From Catajapyx aquilonaris (taxonomy: Eukaryota), in contig KZ538050.1 of NCBI GenBank assembly GCA_000934665.2, forward strand, positions 62,001 through 126,000: a stretch of 64,000 nucleotides of DNA, written 5' to 3'. Positions 27,320-41,424 of this stretch are shown here, piece by piece (position 1 is the first letter of the stretch; each line of letters opens with the position of its first letter). The position numbers and the translations under genes are program-made. Below the pieces are notes generated by a model that had not been told where the DNA came from, searched no databases, and saw only the letters and a program-made list of their open reading frames with translations.

Positions 27320-30300
27320 ACAATGCCAGTACTGCACAAGTTGACTATTTTTTAGTTCCGACTAGTAATCATACTGACACCCTAAGATTGTTCCATAGAA
27401 AACCGTGGCCCTCTAGAAGCATGGGGACGAACAACTTGACTATTATCACCAGTTTGAGATAGTAGAGGGGTTTACCCTCCCCTCCATCTCCTCCTGGTTC
27501 TTAAATTCCTCTGCAGTCATCCATTATCCCAACTCGCCCAAATTCTTGCAAGGTTGTGGAGGAGGGGAGGAGAGGGTAGGGGAGAGGGGGAACTTTTCTT
27601 TTTCTCCGGGGCGGGTAAGAAGGCTGCCGGCCCCATTTGTTATCCGGGCCCCGTTCGCCCTGCGTAAGAGGCCCTCGGGGTTAGGTGGAGGAAACGCCCG
27701 CTGAATGCGCCTCCTTGTCTTCCGTGTTTGGACGAAGAAGGGTGGCTTTCTTAGGCCCCACAGATGAGCTAGAGCACGGGCTTCTTCAGCCCCCCCCCTA
27801 CCCCCTCTTCTACTCCCCTCCTCCAGAAACTTGGCGTCTTTTGGTGTCCTAGCTTGGCCCGTAAAAGCTGCTCGGTTGTCTTAATTGACTCCCAGACGCG
27901 TCATCTCTAATTGAGTCCCGTAAATTAAGGCTTGGTAATTAAGTCTGGAGGTTTTTCTTTCCCCTGCCGTACTCCTGGCCCCGCGACGACATTTTTTTTG
28001 TGTCCCCCTTCTCTCTTTCTGTTACAAGTCACCTTATCTCTTTGACGGTGGTTTTTCAAAGGGGTCGGGAGTTGTCAGCGACATTAATTTGAAGTTTGGT
28101 GGAAATAAGTGGGTCGTGTCACCCTTCTTGTGTAGCATCCGTCGCGAGCTTGGTGTGAAAGGCTCTTATCGCTTTTGGTTTTGCAGGCTCGCTCTAAATT
28201 GCTAAGGAGGTGCCAGAGTCGGAATGAGCGCAAATAACCTGGGCTTTTGTATGAGCATGCTGCTGGAAAACACTGGCAGAAAACCCGGCCCAGCCAATTG
28301 TTAGATACTTGAAAAGAAGGTCACTTCTAAGGGGGGAAATTGCAGGGTTTTTTGCCAATTTCGCTTTTTGCTTTCGGTGTTTTGTGCTGGAAGAACTTGT
28401 GATGAATGACCTCACAGTAGCTGACCCCCACAGTGGTATATGAATGTTCTATATGGGACAATCTGATTATTCCAGCTAGCCTCAAACGAGCCTGCCATTG
28501 AATTGATTACAAATTTTGTAGCCTACCCCCAAGACCTACCACACCCTCTACCCGCGAGCAGTACAACTAGCAGTTCTTTAGTTGTTACATTTGCCACCCA
28601 ATTTTAGCAATTTTCGGACAAACGTATCCTAGCGCGACACAACCATCGGCACACTAACAAGGATACTTTTGTGAGAAAACGCCTTCACGTTGCTATAGTT
28701 CTGAAAGTCGTATCTTCAGTATACACGTGTCCAAAACTTTTTATGGAGTCGAGCACCTGACTTTTCAATTTGGTTGCTTCATGTCTCCGGTAGCTTGACT
28801 GATTTTACCAATCGGACGCTTTTGCCATTATGGATGGGCAGAGCTCATCATATAATCATCAATCCGAACGATGAGGCAGCAGTAACTCGTTTTTGCCAAA
28901 AGTCCTGAATTATTTGCAGTGTTATTATTTCGCTCGTTGCAAATTGTGGCGTCTGAACTCTATGATTGATTTGTCCAACTCCACTTTCGCAATTGATGTT
29001 GAACGCTATTGTGCTTCTCTGTCGAACCGTACTCCCCCAGAGTACTGTAATCCATTAAGCCTAGGATATCCGCAGTAACGGCGGTGTTAGCAGTAGAGAA
29101 TTTTTTTTCTTCTTCATCATCTTCCTTTTTCTGATTTTGACAACCTACTTGCATTGGCTCAAAAATCCAAACCGACGGATTCAATCCCTCCCACCCCGCA
29201 TAAATCAATCCTCCCCTTTTCGTCTTCTCCGTCCTCTTTCCAACCTATTGACCACCTATTGCCATTTCCATCACAAGCCATAACTCCTTCAGGTTCTAAA
29301 AGGAAAAAAAACCAACTCCCATGTTTTTTTTTCTCCCGCATCTCTCCATACGATCTCCATTTTTATCCCCCTCTCTAGTCTCTCCTATCGTTAGCCAATA
29401 CAGTTAGCTCTACAGTATATACCAACCCAGGAATATAAAAATGCGCCTTGAAAGAGTCTGGTCATATTCTGGCTGCCGTTTGAAAAAAGTGCTTCTCTAC
29501 ATCATACGCCTCCTTCCTCCATCTGGGAAAAATGGTAATGTACTGAAGTGGTATTAAATTTGAATTCCGAGGTCCGTGACGTCGAACCGCTGCATAGGGC
29601 ATCGCCAAGTGTAGTTTATGGAGAGCGAATTTGGCGGTTTTGGCAAGTGTTGACCACGAAATGTTTGCCAAATACGTGCGTCTGCAGGCGACGGTTTCAC
29701 AAGGCGGCGATTGGCTGCGGATTAATTCGGAATTATTCTGCGGGTGGCTGTCACCAGAATTAAAAGTCTCATCCGTGCTTGTTGCAATGGTGCGGAGACA
29801 GCTGGCTGGCGTTGAAAAATCAGCCAGGAAATAATGCCAAGTCAGCGCCCTGAATAATGCCAGAGCCTGTTGGATTGCCGCGGATAAATGAGTTCGCGGG
29901 AAGGGGAGGGTGGTAGAAGAGAGGGGGGTTGAAATCTCTGCGGGTCATCAAGGGGCCCCCCAAACGACGTCTGATCGCTGCGAATGACCCCTAAAAGTTC
30001 CCCTTCCCTTTCTTCGGGACCGGCTTTTACAACCCTCTTTCTTTGTCACTCGGATTACGTCTTGAAAAATGCGTACTGTACTTTCGGGAACAAAAACATC
30101 CGGACAAGGGCTGTTCCCAAATACCTACATTTGCCCACAGATGACGCCTGAGGGGGCGATGGCAGGAATGCGGGCGGAATCGGCCGGAAGGAATCGGAGA
30201 ATGTCGGAATCCAGGGCCATATACACCACCAACAACTTACCCTTAGGAAATACAAATGTTGTTGTCATATACAGTGTGTTCCAACTTATTCTTAAACAAT

Positions 30301-33300
30301 TTGGAAAAGCTGTTTTTAAAATGTTTCGTGTTACTAGCTGAATTGATACAGTAAAACGGGGGGAGATTGTGCCAGGCGGGGTGAGTTGCGCCAGCTCATT
30401 TATTGGATCCTACCGCGAATTTTACTCATCATTTCCAACCTTGACCATCCCTCAATGTAGTGAAAAATGCCGAAATGCGCTAGTTTACATCTGCTGCCAC
30501 TGTTGTCCAAAAATGAGCTGGCACAACCTCACCCCGTTTTACGGTACTTTTTAATTAATAACATTTTTCTAACTGCTCAAAAATAGCTAACCACGAAGGA
30601 TATTTTAGCTGGAACACCCACTATGTATGCTGCTTTCAGCACATAAGGGGTGACCCCAATTGCGTGTATAAATAAATAAAACTACAGCACCTTCCCGGAT
30701 CTTTCGTGCTCCACAGCACACTCACCCCGGTAATATTGTGAAAAAGCGGCAATATTAGTGCCTGCTAACAGTCTCTAAAGTCCCTAGCAAGGGGTGTGTA
30801 AGTACCCCAGTTCTTTTATCCCCCCACGTCCCTGGTATCCCAGACTAGAGTGCAAATGGGATGCGAGGAGTCATTCCACACTTGTCTGGCCTGCAATGGA
30901 AACGTATAATACAGCGTTGGTCCCCGCAATTTGGAGTTGGCCTGGCCGGAAATTATATTATCTCGCAATACATAGGTTTAACTTTTAATGAGCGGGAGTT
31001 GCGGTGCATTAGGTATGTGGGGCTCCGGCCATAGCAATTTATGCTGTTTAGTACCTGCGCTTCAATAATGCACGGTGTTGCCCCCTTTTAGAAGAGATCA
31101 TCGCGGATGCACTCTGCGGCGTGTTTGCAAGTGCCAAATTATTATCGGTCTAACGAGTCGCGCAGAATACGTGCCGGCTTCCCTCGTTTATCATTCTTTG
31201 ATCAACCCGGTAATTGGCCCCTGTTTGGAGGCATAAATGCGGCTCTCATTAAGGGAATCGTTCACCTGCAGACCTTCCAGCAGTGTATTTTTTTGCTGTT
31301 TGCCTTTGGCTGAGTACAACATGCAAAATTGCTAGATTAATGCGTTTTATTCGGATCCGCCAATCTTTCGTGACGCGATGTCACTTTCAGACCTTCTGCC
31401 AGTTTTCTCTGGGGAATTCAAACTTCTGGAAATGTCCAGCCACGCCCAACACTGTACCTACTGTGTTATTTCCTCCAATGATGATACGGGCGGGCGTCTT
31501 TCATATTTTATGTGAGTTGACTGCTGCACTATTATGGCTCATGACTAGGATTTTTTGGTGTGTATATGCTGTCAGTTATTCTTGGAATATGATTAGTTAA
31601 GTGCAGGATTCATGGAAAGTAACAATTAACAGTTGCAATGCCGGCATTGATGGATGAGTTCTGAAAACAGTTTTGTTTTGACGCTCTGCTCTTTTAGGGC
31701 CTTATAGTCTGAACTTGTATTTTAATAGTATTTAGGTTGTACGTTTTCATTGTACTTACGCAATGGGTAAGTGTCCTCTGATGTCCTTGATGTGTTAGGT
31801 ACTGGACAGCGTTGAACTGGTTGCTATGGTGCTTGCTACATAATGTATAGTATACAGCCTTAAAATAGTAAGTCTACTGACGTCACGATAGGTAACAATG
31901 ACTGGTAACAATGTAACTAAAAATTTAGAGGCTTATGACGCCAGTACTATTCTAATCCTGAATACATTAGTTTCATGAAGACCTGTTTCATGGCCCTAAA
32001 TTTTTTAATCGGGTTATGCTTATAGTGCTGCTGGCAATTGCAGCGATGACGCGAATTATAGAGTGTTACATCGTTAACTTATTTACCGGCCAGGTGAAAA
32101 TTGCCCAACAAACAAGTTCATCCTTAGCACCCCTTCCCATTTGCGCCCCTTAAGGAAAATGATAAAATGGCTGATAAGCGACACGCGTCACTACGTTTTC
32201 CCCCCTCCGTACTCAGAACCGCTATCAAAATTAAATTCAGAAAGCATTGTTCTCAGTGGCGGACATGCTACTTCACATGTCACCTACCCATATATGCGGC
32301 CTGGAAATAATATCTTGGGAGGTCGCAATTCATCCCCGTCCTATGAATAATGAACGCTGAGCAATTTCAATTAGTGCGCCAGATAGCATCGCATCACTAG
32401 GACACACACACACATTTCGATCTACCCTTTCCCAACAGGGCTGACGCCGCAATTTTCCTAAGACCCCAGGCAGAAGACATTGATCTGCACACCTCATTTC
32501 ATAATTAGAGCGCCGGCGTCAGGTCAAACGAATAGTGGTCACCCCTTTACCATTGTCACGACCGAGGGGCTTGGAATATCAATTTGAATCCACAGGTAAC
32601 ACGCGAAGTCAGTGGCTTCTGCACGACCATCCCTTATCCTTCCCCCACCTGATGATGAACACCCAAGATCCCTCCTAGACCCCCTCCTCGCTTCCGGCTA
32701 TTCGTATAGGAAAAGATAAGCCGGGACTAGCTAAGCCTAGGGTTCCATATTGCATAAGGCAAAGACCCCCCAGTCAGCGAAGGGGGATTTCCCCAGGTAT
32801 TGGGGAAAATCCACGCCCTCTCCCTTCCTATCCACGATATTATTGTCCTCACACATGCGAGGGGTGCTTGTATATTTTTTCTCTCTTTCCAAATCGAAAT
32901 ATATGAGCTAGCAGCCTACCATGATTACTCCGTGATTAGTTCCAAATACACGAGTGGAATTACGCATATCCTATTTGGCGCGCGTGTCGCCCTTTGTCTC
33001 GTGTGGAGTGGCATCTGATGGTATCGATGCAAAGCACGTGTCGCGGCATATGGCCAGGTCATCTCGCAGTTTGTTATGCGGCCGATTCTTTTGTGTTGAG
33101 CCAACCGAGGTATAGGTCGGCTTTGCCCAAAATGGTGCGACATGCTTACCCTGTGTCGAGTCGGGATTAGATCCCCCCCGGCTGCAGGAAAAGCGATCGA
33201 CAAAATTGAAGTGTAAGTATAATCTTTTGCCGGCGTCGACCACCACGACGGGGGAAGACATGGGGGGATTTTCGGCACTCGATACCATCTCGCAGCAGGC

Positions 33301-36165
33301 GATACGTCTTGGCCGATAATTGGATATTGCTTGCCGAGGCAAGTTGGCAGCCAGAGCTTTACGAAGGCTTTTGGCAATTGACATCCCTCTCCAGCGCTGA
33401 TTCGCTGGATACATCTGCGCCAACATGCTGTATTCCATCAACGTTATTGCCGCGGTTTTCATCTTCTCAGACTGCACAACGCCAGTCTATACCATTTTCG
33501 CGGGTGAGGTGTGCGGAAGGAAAGGATTGCTTCCTACTACTGGAGTCACAAACTCTCGGCATTCCATCAGAAACTCATGTTTAATTGCTCAACTTCAATA
33601 TGCTCGCAGAAACTAAGCGTAAAAAAAATGTCTGGCCCACTTCAGAGAGCGGCGTGTACTGTATATCTTGTTATCTGGAATTGGTCCCAGGACGGGTTGA
33701 GAGCATTCCGGGCGTGCATGACGGCGGAAGGGCTGCAAATCATGGAGTAACTCAGTTACTGTAAATTATGACTGCAACTGGAAACGCTTTCGAAACAGTA
33801 CCTGTTCCCCACTTTTATTCCCCCACCGCCTCCGGCTGTTTGCCTCATCAAGTGTATACAATGTCGGCCATACTTTTCGATTATCAATTTTTTGCATATC
33901 GCCATCTTTTTTTTTGTTGTATCAAGCCTGTCGACCCTTTAGCATACTGATACCAGGTCTATCAGATTGCAAGAGCTGTTATCGTGAATGTCCCGCCGCC
34001 GATTGGTGCCCCCGCACCACACTGCCATTTTAATTTCACCTGCAGGCCTAATCAAATTAGGTTTTGTAATCAATGGGCGTGTTTGGAATATCGTTGATTT
34101 GAACAACTATGTCGGGTACGGGGGGGTGGGAGTCCCGCACACCTGAGAGGTCGACGACATTATGTCCAACGCAGGGGGCTAATGGGCAAGTATTGTGCAC
34201 ACAGCGCACGAGATATGCGTTTTCCCCAACTGGCCTCTGCATTGAATTAAAAGACATGTCCGTAGCCAAAGACGTAATCAGCTCGCATTTGCCTGTATCC
34301 CCACGCGTCCCTCAGCCAATCTCGGACCATTAAACTCCCGGCGCCGCCAACTATTTATTGAAACAAAGCGCCCCGTGTCCGCAATCTGTTCTGGCTATTT
34401 CCCCAGCAAAAGGGGAGTCCAATGGAGCGGATGAAATCGCAAGGAAAAGTGGGAAAACGGGGAGGGTTGCAGGCATCATGCACTTAATGCCTCCTCCAGC
34501 CCTGTGCCGTAATCAAAATCTTATTAACGGCGGCCCGGAATCTAGGCTTTTGGATTGGGGGGGGGGGGGGGGAGGAGAAGNGGGGGCGCTCCGGTTTGAA
34601 ATTTTCTCTCCCCCGGAAGGTTTGGCAAGCTGGAGATAGCGCCCTCTTTTTAGTGGCTACTGGTCGTTAGCCCCTTCCTCTGGACCTAGGGACGTGCTAA
34701 ATTGCTCCTTGAAAGGGCCGGTCTGAAGAAAAGCTGGCGAAATACTGGGAATATTGCGAGGGAGGAGTTTGCTATCTATTGGTACTGATGTTGCTGCTGC
34801 TAATGAAACTGTGATCGATTCTGGTCTCCAGCCATGTCACTCTCTGATACCCATGCAAACCACATCAACACACAGATAACCAGGGCAGTTTGTGCACTTT
34901 TGTCAATTCCGTGTGTATATACAGTTTTGCGTTTTTGGGGAGAGCTTGTGATGGCGGTTTGTCTGTAATATGGCGTTCTAAAGAGCACAAATACACCCAT
35001 AGTCAGACAGGCAAATACCAGCCTGACTTTCATCATGATCAGGCTGAAAATAACGAGCTGGCGACTTGTACTGGATGGATCAAAATTAGGATGGGAGACC
35101 GAATTTGGCTGTACCAACCTACCCCATGACCTAAATTTCCTTCCCAGCGGATACACACCTATCCTTCATCGGATAAGGCCTATCCTCAGCGGATACACAC
35201 CTAGGAAAGTAGGTGAACGTGCGAAGTCTCCCGAAGTGAAAGCCGGACGACTGATACGTTTCACCAGAATGCCGAGAGATGTCGGTAGCAAAGCTATAAA
35301 TCATTGAAGCTGAGGGCTAACGATACAGCACTGTTGAACACTCATGTGTTGACCCTATACCAGCATGTCTACATCTAATTAAGCGGAAGTTGCGGCAAAT
35401 TAGGAGCCGTCCATATTACTCTTTCAAGTATAATCAAGCTCGAATCGGAAATTTCCTTGAAGTTTCGTGCGAGCTCAGAAGATTCACTGCACTTTGCGTA
35501 AATTTGACGTGTGTTAACTCTTACACACATAAAAAAAAAAAAGCCGGGTCCTTGCATGTCGTAGGCCGTAGCGTGAACCTTCCCAGAACGCTGTAGTCAG
35601 TTTCTAAAAAAGCGCAATTAGTGTAACAACGGCCGTTCCGGTGCATGTGTATGCAACGTGCTGTACATTCTCGGACGATTAGGGCCAGCTCCCCCCCTGT
35701 ATTGAGAGCCATCTATACGCAATTGACTGCATGCAACGGACGACATGCCCCGGCGTTTGTTTGACATCACTGCTTCTGTGAGCACCAATTTCATCATACA
35801 CGCGAGCGTGGAATTACGTTAATCGCTTGGTTTGCCGAGCTTTGCCCCGCTATAGCCCGAAAGGTTATTTGTCAACAAGTATTTTTTTTTTGTACTTTCC
35901 CGGAGGGGGTGGTGGGGTAGTCGTGTAGGTGCGGGTAGCGTTATTTTGTAGCTGGAAAAGTGGTAGCCCCGGTCCTGGGTTATATAGGGGAAATCTGCGG
36001 ATTCATAACGATGGATCGGTCCGGTGGCGCCACATTAACGTCACATTTGGAGAGTTTTGTGGCGCGATGATTTGGGCACTGTGAGGCTGCAGGCTCAAGT
36101 TGGGATCATTTGGCTGGGGGGTTTTTTTAGAGGGGGCGGAGGGGGGGCTCCCCCCCCCCCCCCCC

Positions 36166-36232
36166 NNNNNNNNNNNNNNNNNNNNNNNNNNNNNNNNNNN
36201 NNNNNNNNNNNNNNNNNNNNNNNNNNNNNNNN
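36166..36232. other. Assembly gap
   Basis: N run inside a poly-C tract. Confidence 0.99.
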
Positions 36233-39200
36233 CCCCCCCCCCCCAACTAAGGCAATAAATGGTGTTAATTGTTATTACTCACGTGCATTTTAACTGACAC
36301 GGTAATCTGCCATAAAGCAAGGATCATTTTGACAGGGCCAAGAAAATATACATTCTTTCAACCCAAAAAGATACGGTAAGGTTAACGACTAGCCCTCTCA
36401 AGTTTTGCGAGTGAGTTTGGTCGGATTCAGCTGCGGAAATGATTACTTCCACGCTTGCTTCTCGGATGCTTGCAAGCTCGTCTTTTACATTTCTAAATGG
36501 TTAGCTGGCGGCGATAATAGTCCATCAAAGCGTAAACTGGATTACAAAGGCTCTTTACTATCGGCGATAAGGGCGATAAAGCGATGCGAGAGCTCCTTGC
36601 TTCTGCAAGGCAGGAAACTTGGCATCCACGTGGCTGCTTTTATGCCGCCCCGTATATACTCAAAGTAGGTGATGGGCAAAGTTTGTTTTGATTTTGCAGC
36701 ACCAAATTGCCGAAACCGTAATTATCGAGGGGTGGGGGGGCAGGAAGGAATGGTATCGATTCAACTTGCTCGCTTGCTGAGGGGGTGGTAAACTCGACAT
36801 TGACGAGAAGAAGTGCTGCCGGCTGTCTTGCTAGGAGTCTTGGAGGAGATTTATTGAGGCACAAAATCCCATTATCATCCTGCTCCGGATTACGTCATCG
36901 GCCGCTTCATTAACAGCACAAGGCACCTTAATGAAATCTTGAACGGCATTTCCTAGAGCAAGACAGGTCTAAATCCCGTAAGTATGCACCCCCTTGTGTG
37001 TTTTTTTTTTCAAGGAAATTTTTTATCCAGATCCAGGGTAATCAAGGTAATTCAAGTGCCAGGGACAGATGAACCTAGACAAATTTGGGGGGTTTATCTT
37101 TGAAAAATTAAAGCCCGCGTTAATCCCGCATAATTTGAGCGGAAAAGAAAAGGGGGCTGGATTAGAAATGGAAACGAAAATGCTGGTTTTGCGACAATGT
37201 TTTCTGCCCTGGTTGGATGTAGATAAAAGCATTTTTGGAGCATGAAGCGTGCGAAACACAATGCGTGCTTCATTCATTCCAGGGGGGGCTCACCGTTTGT
37301 ATCGAAATAATTACCATATTGTGGCCCTGAAACGGTTGTATAATACACGCAGAACGGTTTGATTATAATTGGAAATTACTCGCACTGTGTGAGTTTGTTG
37401 CGCTTGGCAGTTGAATCCCGTCGATAAATTATTCACAAAGTGCTGCGTCAGTAATGAATTTCGGTTTCTCCATCATATATATACACTCGACTTTAGCCTC
37501 AAACTCTAGAGTCGGTACCGGAAGAGAGAGCCCACCGCTGCGAGTTATGAGATGATTAAAGCACATTATGTGTCAGATTGCCTGAACTTGATGACTCGAT
37601 ATATTATGCATGGACTGTCCGAGTGTCATCAATCACAAAAGACCGTCATTTGGCGTGGCAAAAATAGTGGTTTCAGGACATCCCGAAAAATGTCAAGATA
37701 ATACTGAATTTTAATGCGACTAGTAATTAATTTAAGCGCTATGAAACAGCTTCAGGGCGTGGGTATCTCTTGTATAGCAGCCAGGGGTAATCATGTTCTA
37801 ATGGAAATTTGCCGCCCGCTGTTTAGTCAACACTGTTTCGGTAACATTCACAAATTGATGAAATCAGCCAGCTAACTAGATGGTGGTTTGGGATATACTC
37901 TGGGAGGGGATGCAAGAGATAACTGCTACCAGAGACTTGCATAAATTCAATTAATACAATATCTGCTGGAAGAGGCTTCTCTCTGCAGCAGATGAGGCTC
38001 GGCAATTAGGTTCAACTGATCATCTACCATAGCGTTCCTTCCCCTCCCCTCCCACACACACATTGTTGTCACCTGTATGCTCTCATCAAAAAATTAAATA
38101 ATTCATCCAGTACTGAGAGAGGTGTTTCAACAACCTATAATCAGCAATATTGTGCACCTCATTATTAAAACTGCACCCGCATTCCTGCATAAATAATTAG
38201 AGCCTGGGCGCAGTCATGAATTTTGAATAACTGTGCACACGCTACTGCTCTCTCTCTACCATGCAATGTTCTGCACAACGTACAACCACCAATTCTTCTA
38301 CATCATAACACATCTACATCTACATCTTGCCATAAGTTCATTTCATTGAACATCAATTTTCTGGAGAAGACATTATTTTCTGTACGAATCGCCGCGCAGG
38401 TGCTTACCAGTGCTTCTCCCCCAGTTCCATCTTGCTCCTTGCAAGCAAGAAAGGACATGAATTGAAGCGAGTCTGGTAAGTAACAAGCGTGCTTCTAATT
38501 GAGGTCTGGTCATAATTCGACGAGGCTGTGGACTCAACGGCAATGGTTTGTTCCTGAGGGCATTTACGCCTCCTTTTGTATAGGGGGTGGTCTAAAGAGA
38601 TGGGGTAGGGTAGTGGCAAGCTAGGGCTCAATTGGTCCCCCGGATTTCTAGGGACGCGAAAGGGCTGCTGCAATCGTTTGTCAGGACCACCGACCCGGGT
38701 TACATGGAAACAAATGTGCCCCGCCGTTAGGGGGACAACTCCCTGCGTGCTATTTACTTCGAATTAGCCGAGGTGAAGTCAAGGGGAGACCATTAAACTC
38801 TTTAGTCGTTGCAGGATCTGCACTGGAGCAGGGGGGAGGGGGGGGTGCAGGGATGAAAAAAAACTGGGCGAGAGATTATCTTTATTTCTAGCCCGCATCC
38901 ATGTGCGACATAAATATTGTGCTGGTCCTCCAAGGGGACGTCGTAACTCCCCTTGGAAACGTGCCGGGCTGTGAAAAATATTCGCAAACTGGCGTTAATT
39001 AACACTTTGTGGGCGTGTGTGCGCTGCGATTTTATAGCTAATAAGTTTGGACATTTTCCATCGTATTGTCACATGAATAACTAATAGTCAGGTGTGGGAG
39101 AAGGATCGTCGATAATAATTGGGCAGAGGGCAGGCAAATTACCGCCCTATCGCACTACAGCCGGGTCATATGTGCACTTGATGCCTAGAGTTGAAAAGCG

Positions 39201-41392
39201 CCGCCGCCGGTTGTTACTGCTTCTGCCGTAATGAATTTTTTGACGTTCCTGACTACATGTCCAATGAGCGCGTGATATTGAGCCGACGTTGATTCTTTGT
39301 TGATGTAATTGACATGTTTTTTGTCCCGATTTTTTTTTCTGTTGTTATCGCGCAAAATGTTTACCCCAAGCCATTGTAAAACAAGGTTGGTCATCGGAAA
39401 GCTGAGGTGCAAAAGAGCTTGAAAACCTATACACGCCTGAGTAGACTTACAAACCCAACCGAGTGGTTCACATGTCTCACTGCACTTGGTTGCTTCCAAT
39501 CAACAGCAAATAGCAGGGACAGTAATAAGATAAGTTTCCTTCCACGTTTCGCTCTCGCCAAATTACAAAGCCTAACACTTCAATTATAACGCGTATTAGT
39601 GAGTAATACGTCGTCTAATGAGGGCGGATTGTGATTCACCGTTTCGAAATACACAGAGTAAAGACTAGGATCAGCCTAACTTATTACGTGTGGCAAGGGA
39701 GTTTTCGAGGGATACGTGTTACTCTCGGGTGTGATTTTATTTTAACCAGATACTCCTCTTTGGACACGCAATACCGCAAGTCCCCACCCACTTGTAAAAT
39801 ACAACCACCTTGCACCGATGCTGTAGAGCCCCGTATAATCTTGTCCAAATGATGGCATCGCTCACTTGACCAAATAACTAGTGTGTTTTCCTTCAATGAG
39901 AACTACTCACAAACTCAGTCAGGCGATTATTTTGCAGGGACTTGCCTCACTTCGGGTCGAAAGTGTAAATTTTATTGGGAAACATGAACACGTCCTGTGA
40001 TGACGGCGCACATGCGTGGCTTTGTATTATCAGGCCCTCTCCCGCTATGAACACAGCTCTGCTAAATCAAACACAGGGAGGCGTCTGCTGCATCTGGTCC
40101 AAACCCCCGCGCATAAATCTAACACAAACGAAATAAATTCGTCCTCGATACGAAATAAATCTCAAATAAATTCCCTCTAAATCGAGGGGGATGAACTTTG
40201 TAAATCGCTGGTAAAATCCGCGTAAATCTTATAAATCCCATGTGCAAACTACCCCCCCTAGTATTTCCCCTATACTCATCCCCCCCTACTGGTCCAGCAG
40301 CCTCACTCTCCATCAACTGGCCTAATGACGCCGGTGTCATTTGGCTTCATGGCCTGGCTTGTTGTTTTCCGGGGACAAATAACCCCCGGCCGGATGTCCC
40401 CAACGCTGCCAAGATGACCTCTTCCACATGGCAGTGGTTGCAGTTACGTGCCAGCTTTTATAATAGTCCCACGAGTTCATTTTCCGCGCCTCTCTTTATA
40501 AATCTTGCCTCATGGTAGAGCAGCAGACGGTCTGAATTTTTCATGGGTTGCTATTATAAAGTATTTTTCTCACAACTCGTGGCCGCTACAATTCCTTTTG
40601 TCTTTTTTTTTGTATGTTCCTCCCCTCAAGTCGATAGGATCTGATTCCAAGTCATGCTTCCGGATCTGGTATTAAACCGTGTTGAGCTGTACCCGTAGCA
40701 TAGGGTTCATTTCTCCGGTTTCTTCCGGCATCAAAGGGAGCCTTGCCCCACAGCCGAGAGGACATTTGCGAATCAGTTTGAAGGATTAGCATGAAGAGCA
40801 AAGTCACTCATCCGGAAGAGTTTCTTCCCTCCGGTCCCTTTTCGCATGGTTGCAACGGGATTGGCAGAAACCGGTCGTTTTCTCCGGATATTTTGTGCGT
40901 GAAGGAAGCTGGATTGCGCTTCAGATTTTTTTTTTTTTTTTTTGTTCTCGGCCAATCATTTTTGTGCGTGTGGAAGATAGAGGCCTATCTAGGAACGTGG
41001 AGGATTTTTAGCCCAAGAATAGACCCTTCGGCTCCAGTTGGTCCTCTATATATATCTGGATGAGAGCCTGCACAAAACCGATTTTCCGGGGCAAGCTTTT
41101 ACGCTTCCTCGCTCCTCTGGGGGGACAGCTAATGGGCAAGGTTCAACACGGCAAGTATGGAGTAATCACTCAATTAGGAGTCGGTCATACGCGTTTAATG
41201 ACAACGACCTTCTACTGAACGGGAGTTAATTAAAATGGGCCCATCGTGCATGGGAGCTCGCCTCTTCCAATCCGATTGGCCCTGCAAAAATCAGATTTTT
41301 TTTTTTTTCGTTGAAAAAACTGAACACCAGAAATGAACCACCGTTGTGTATGATTATCTCAGGAAGTTTCCACTATTTTGTAAAATAATGGG

Positions 41393-41424
41393 CACCACCC
41401 ACCACCACCACCACCACCACCACC
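41393..41424. repeat. (CAC)n microsatellite
   Basis: caccacccaccaccaccacc... tract. Confidence 0.85.
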
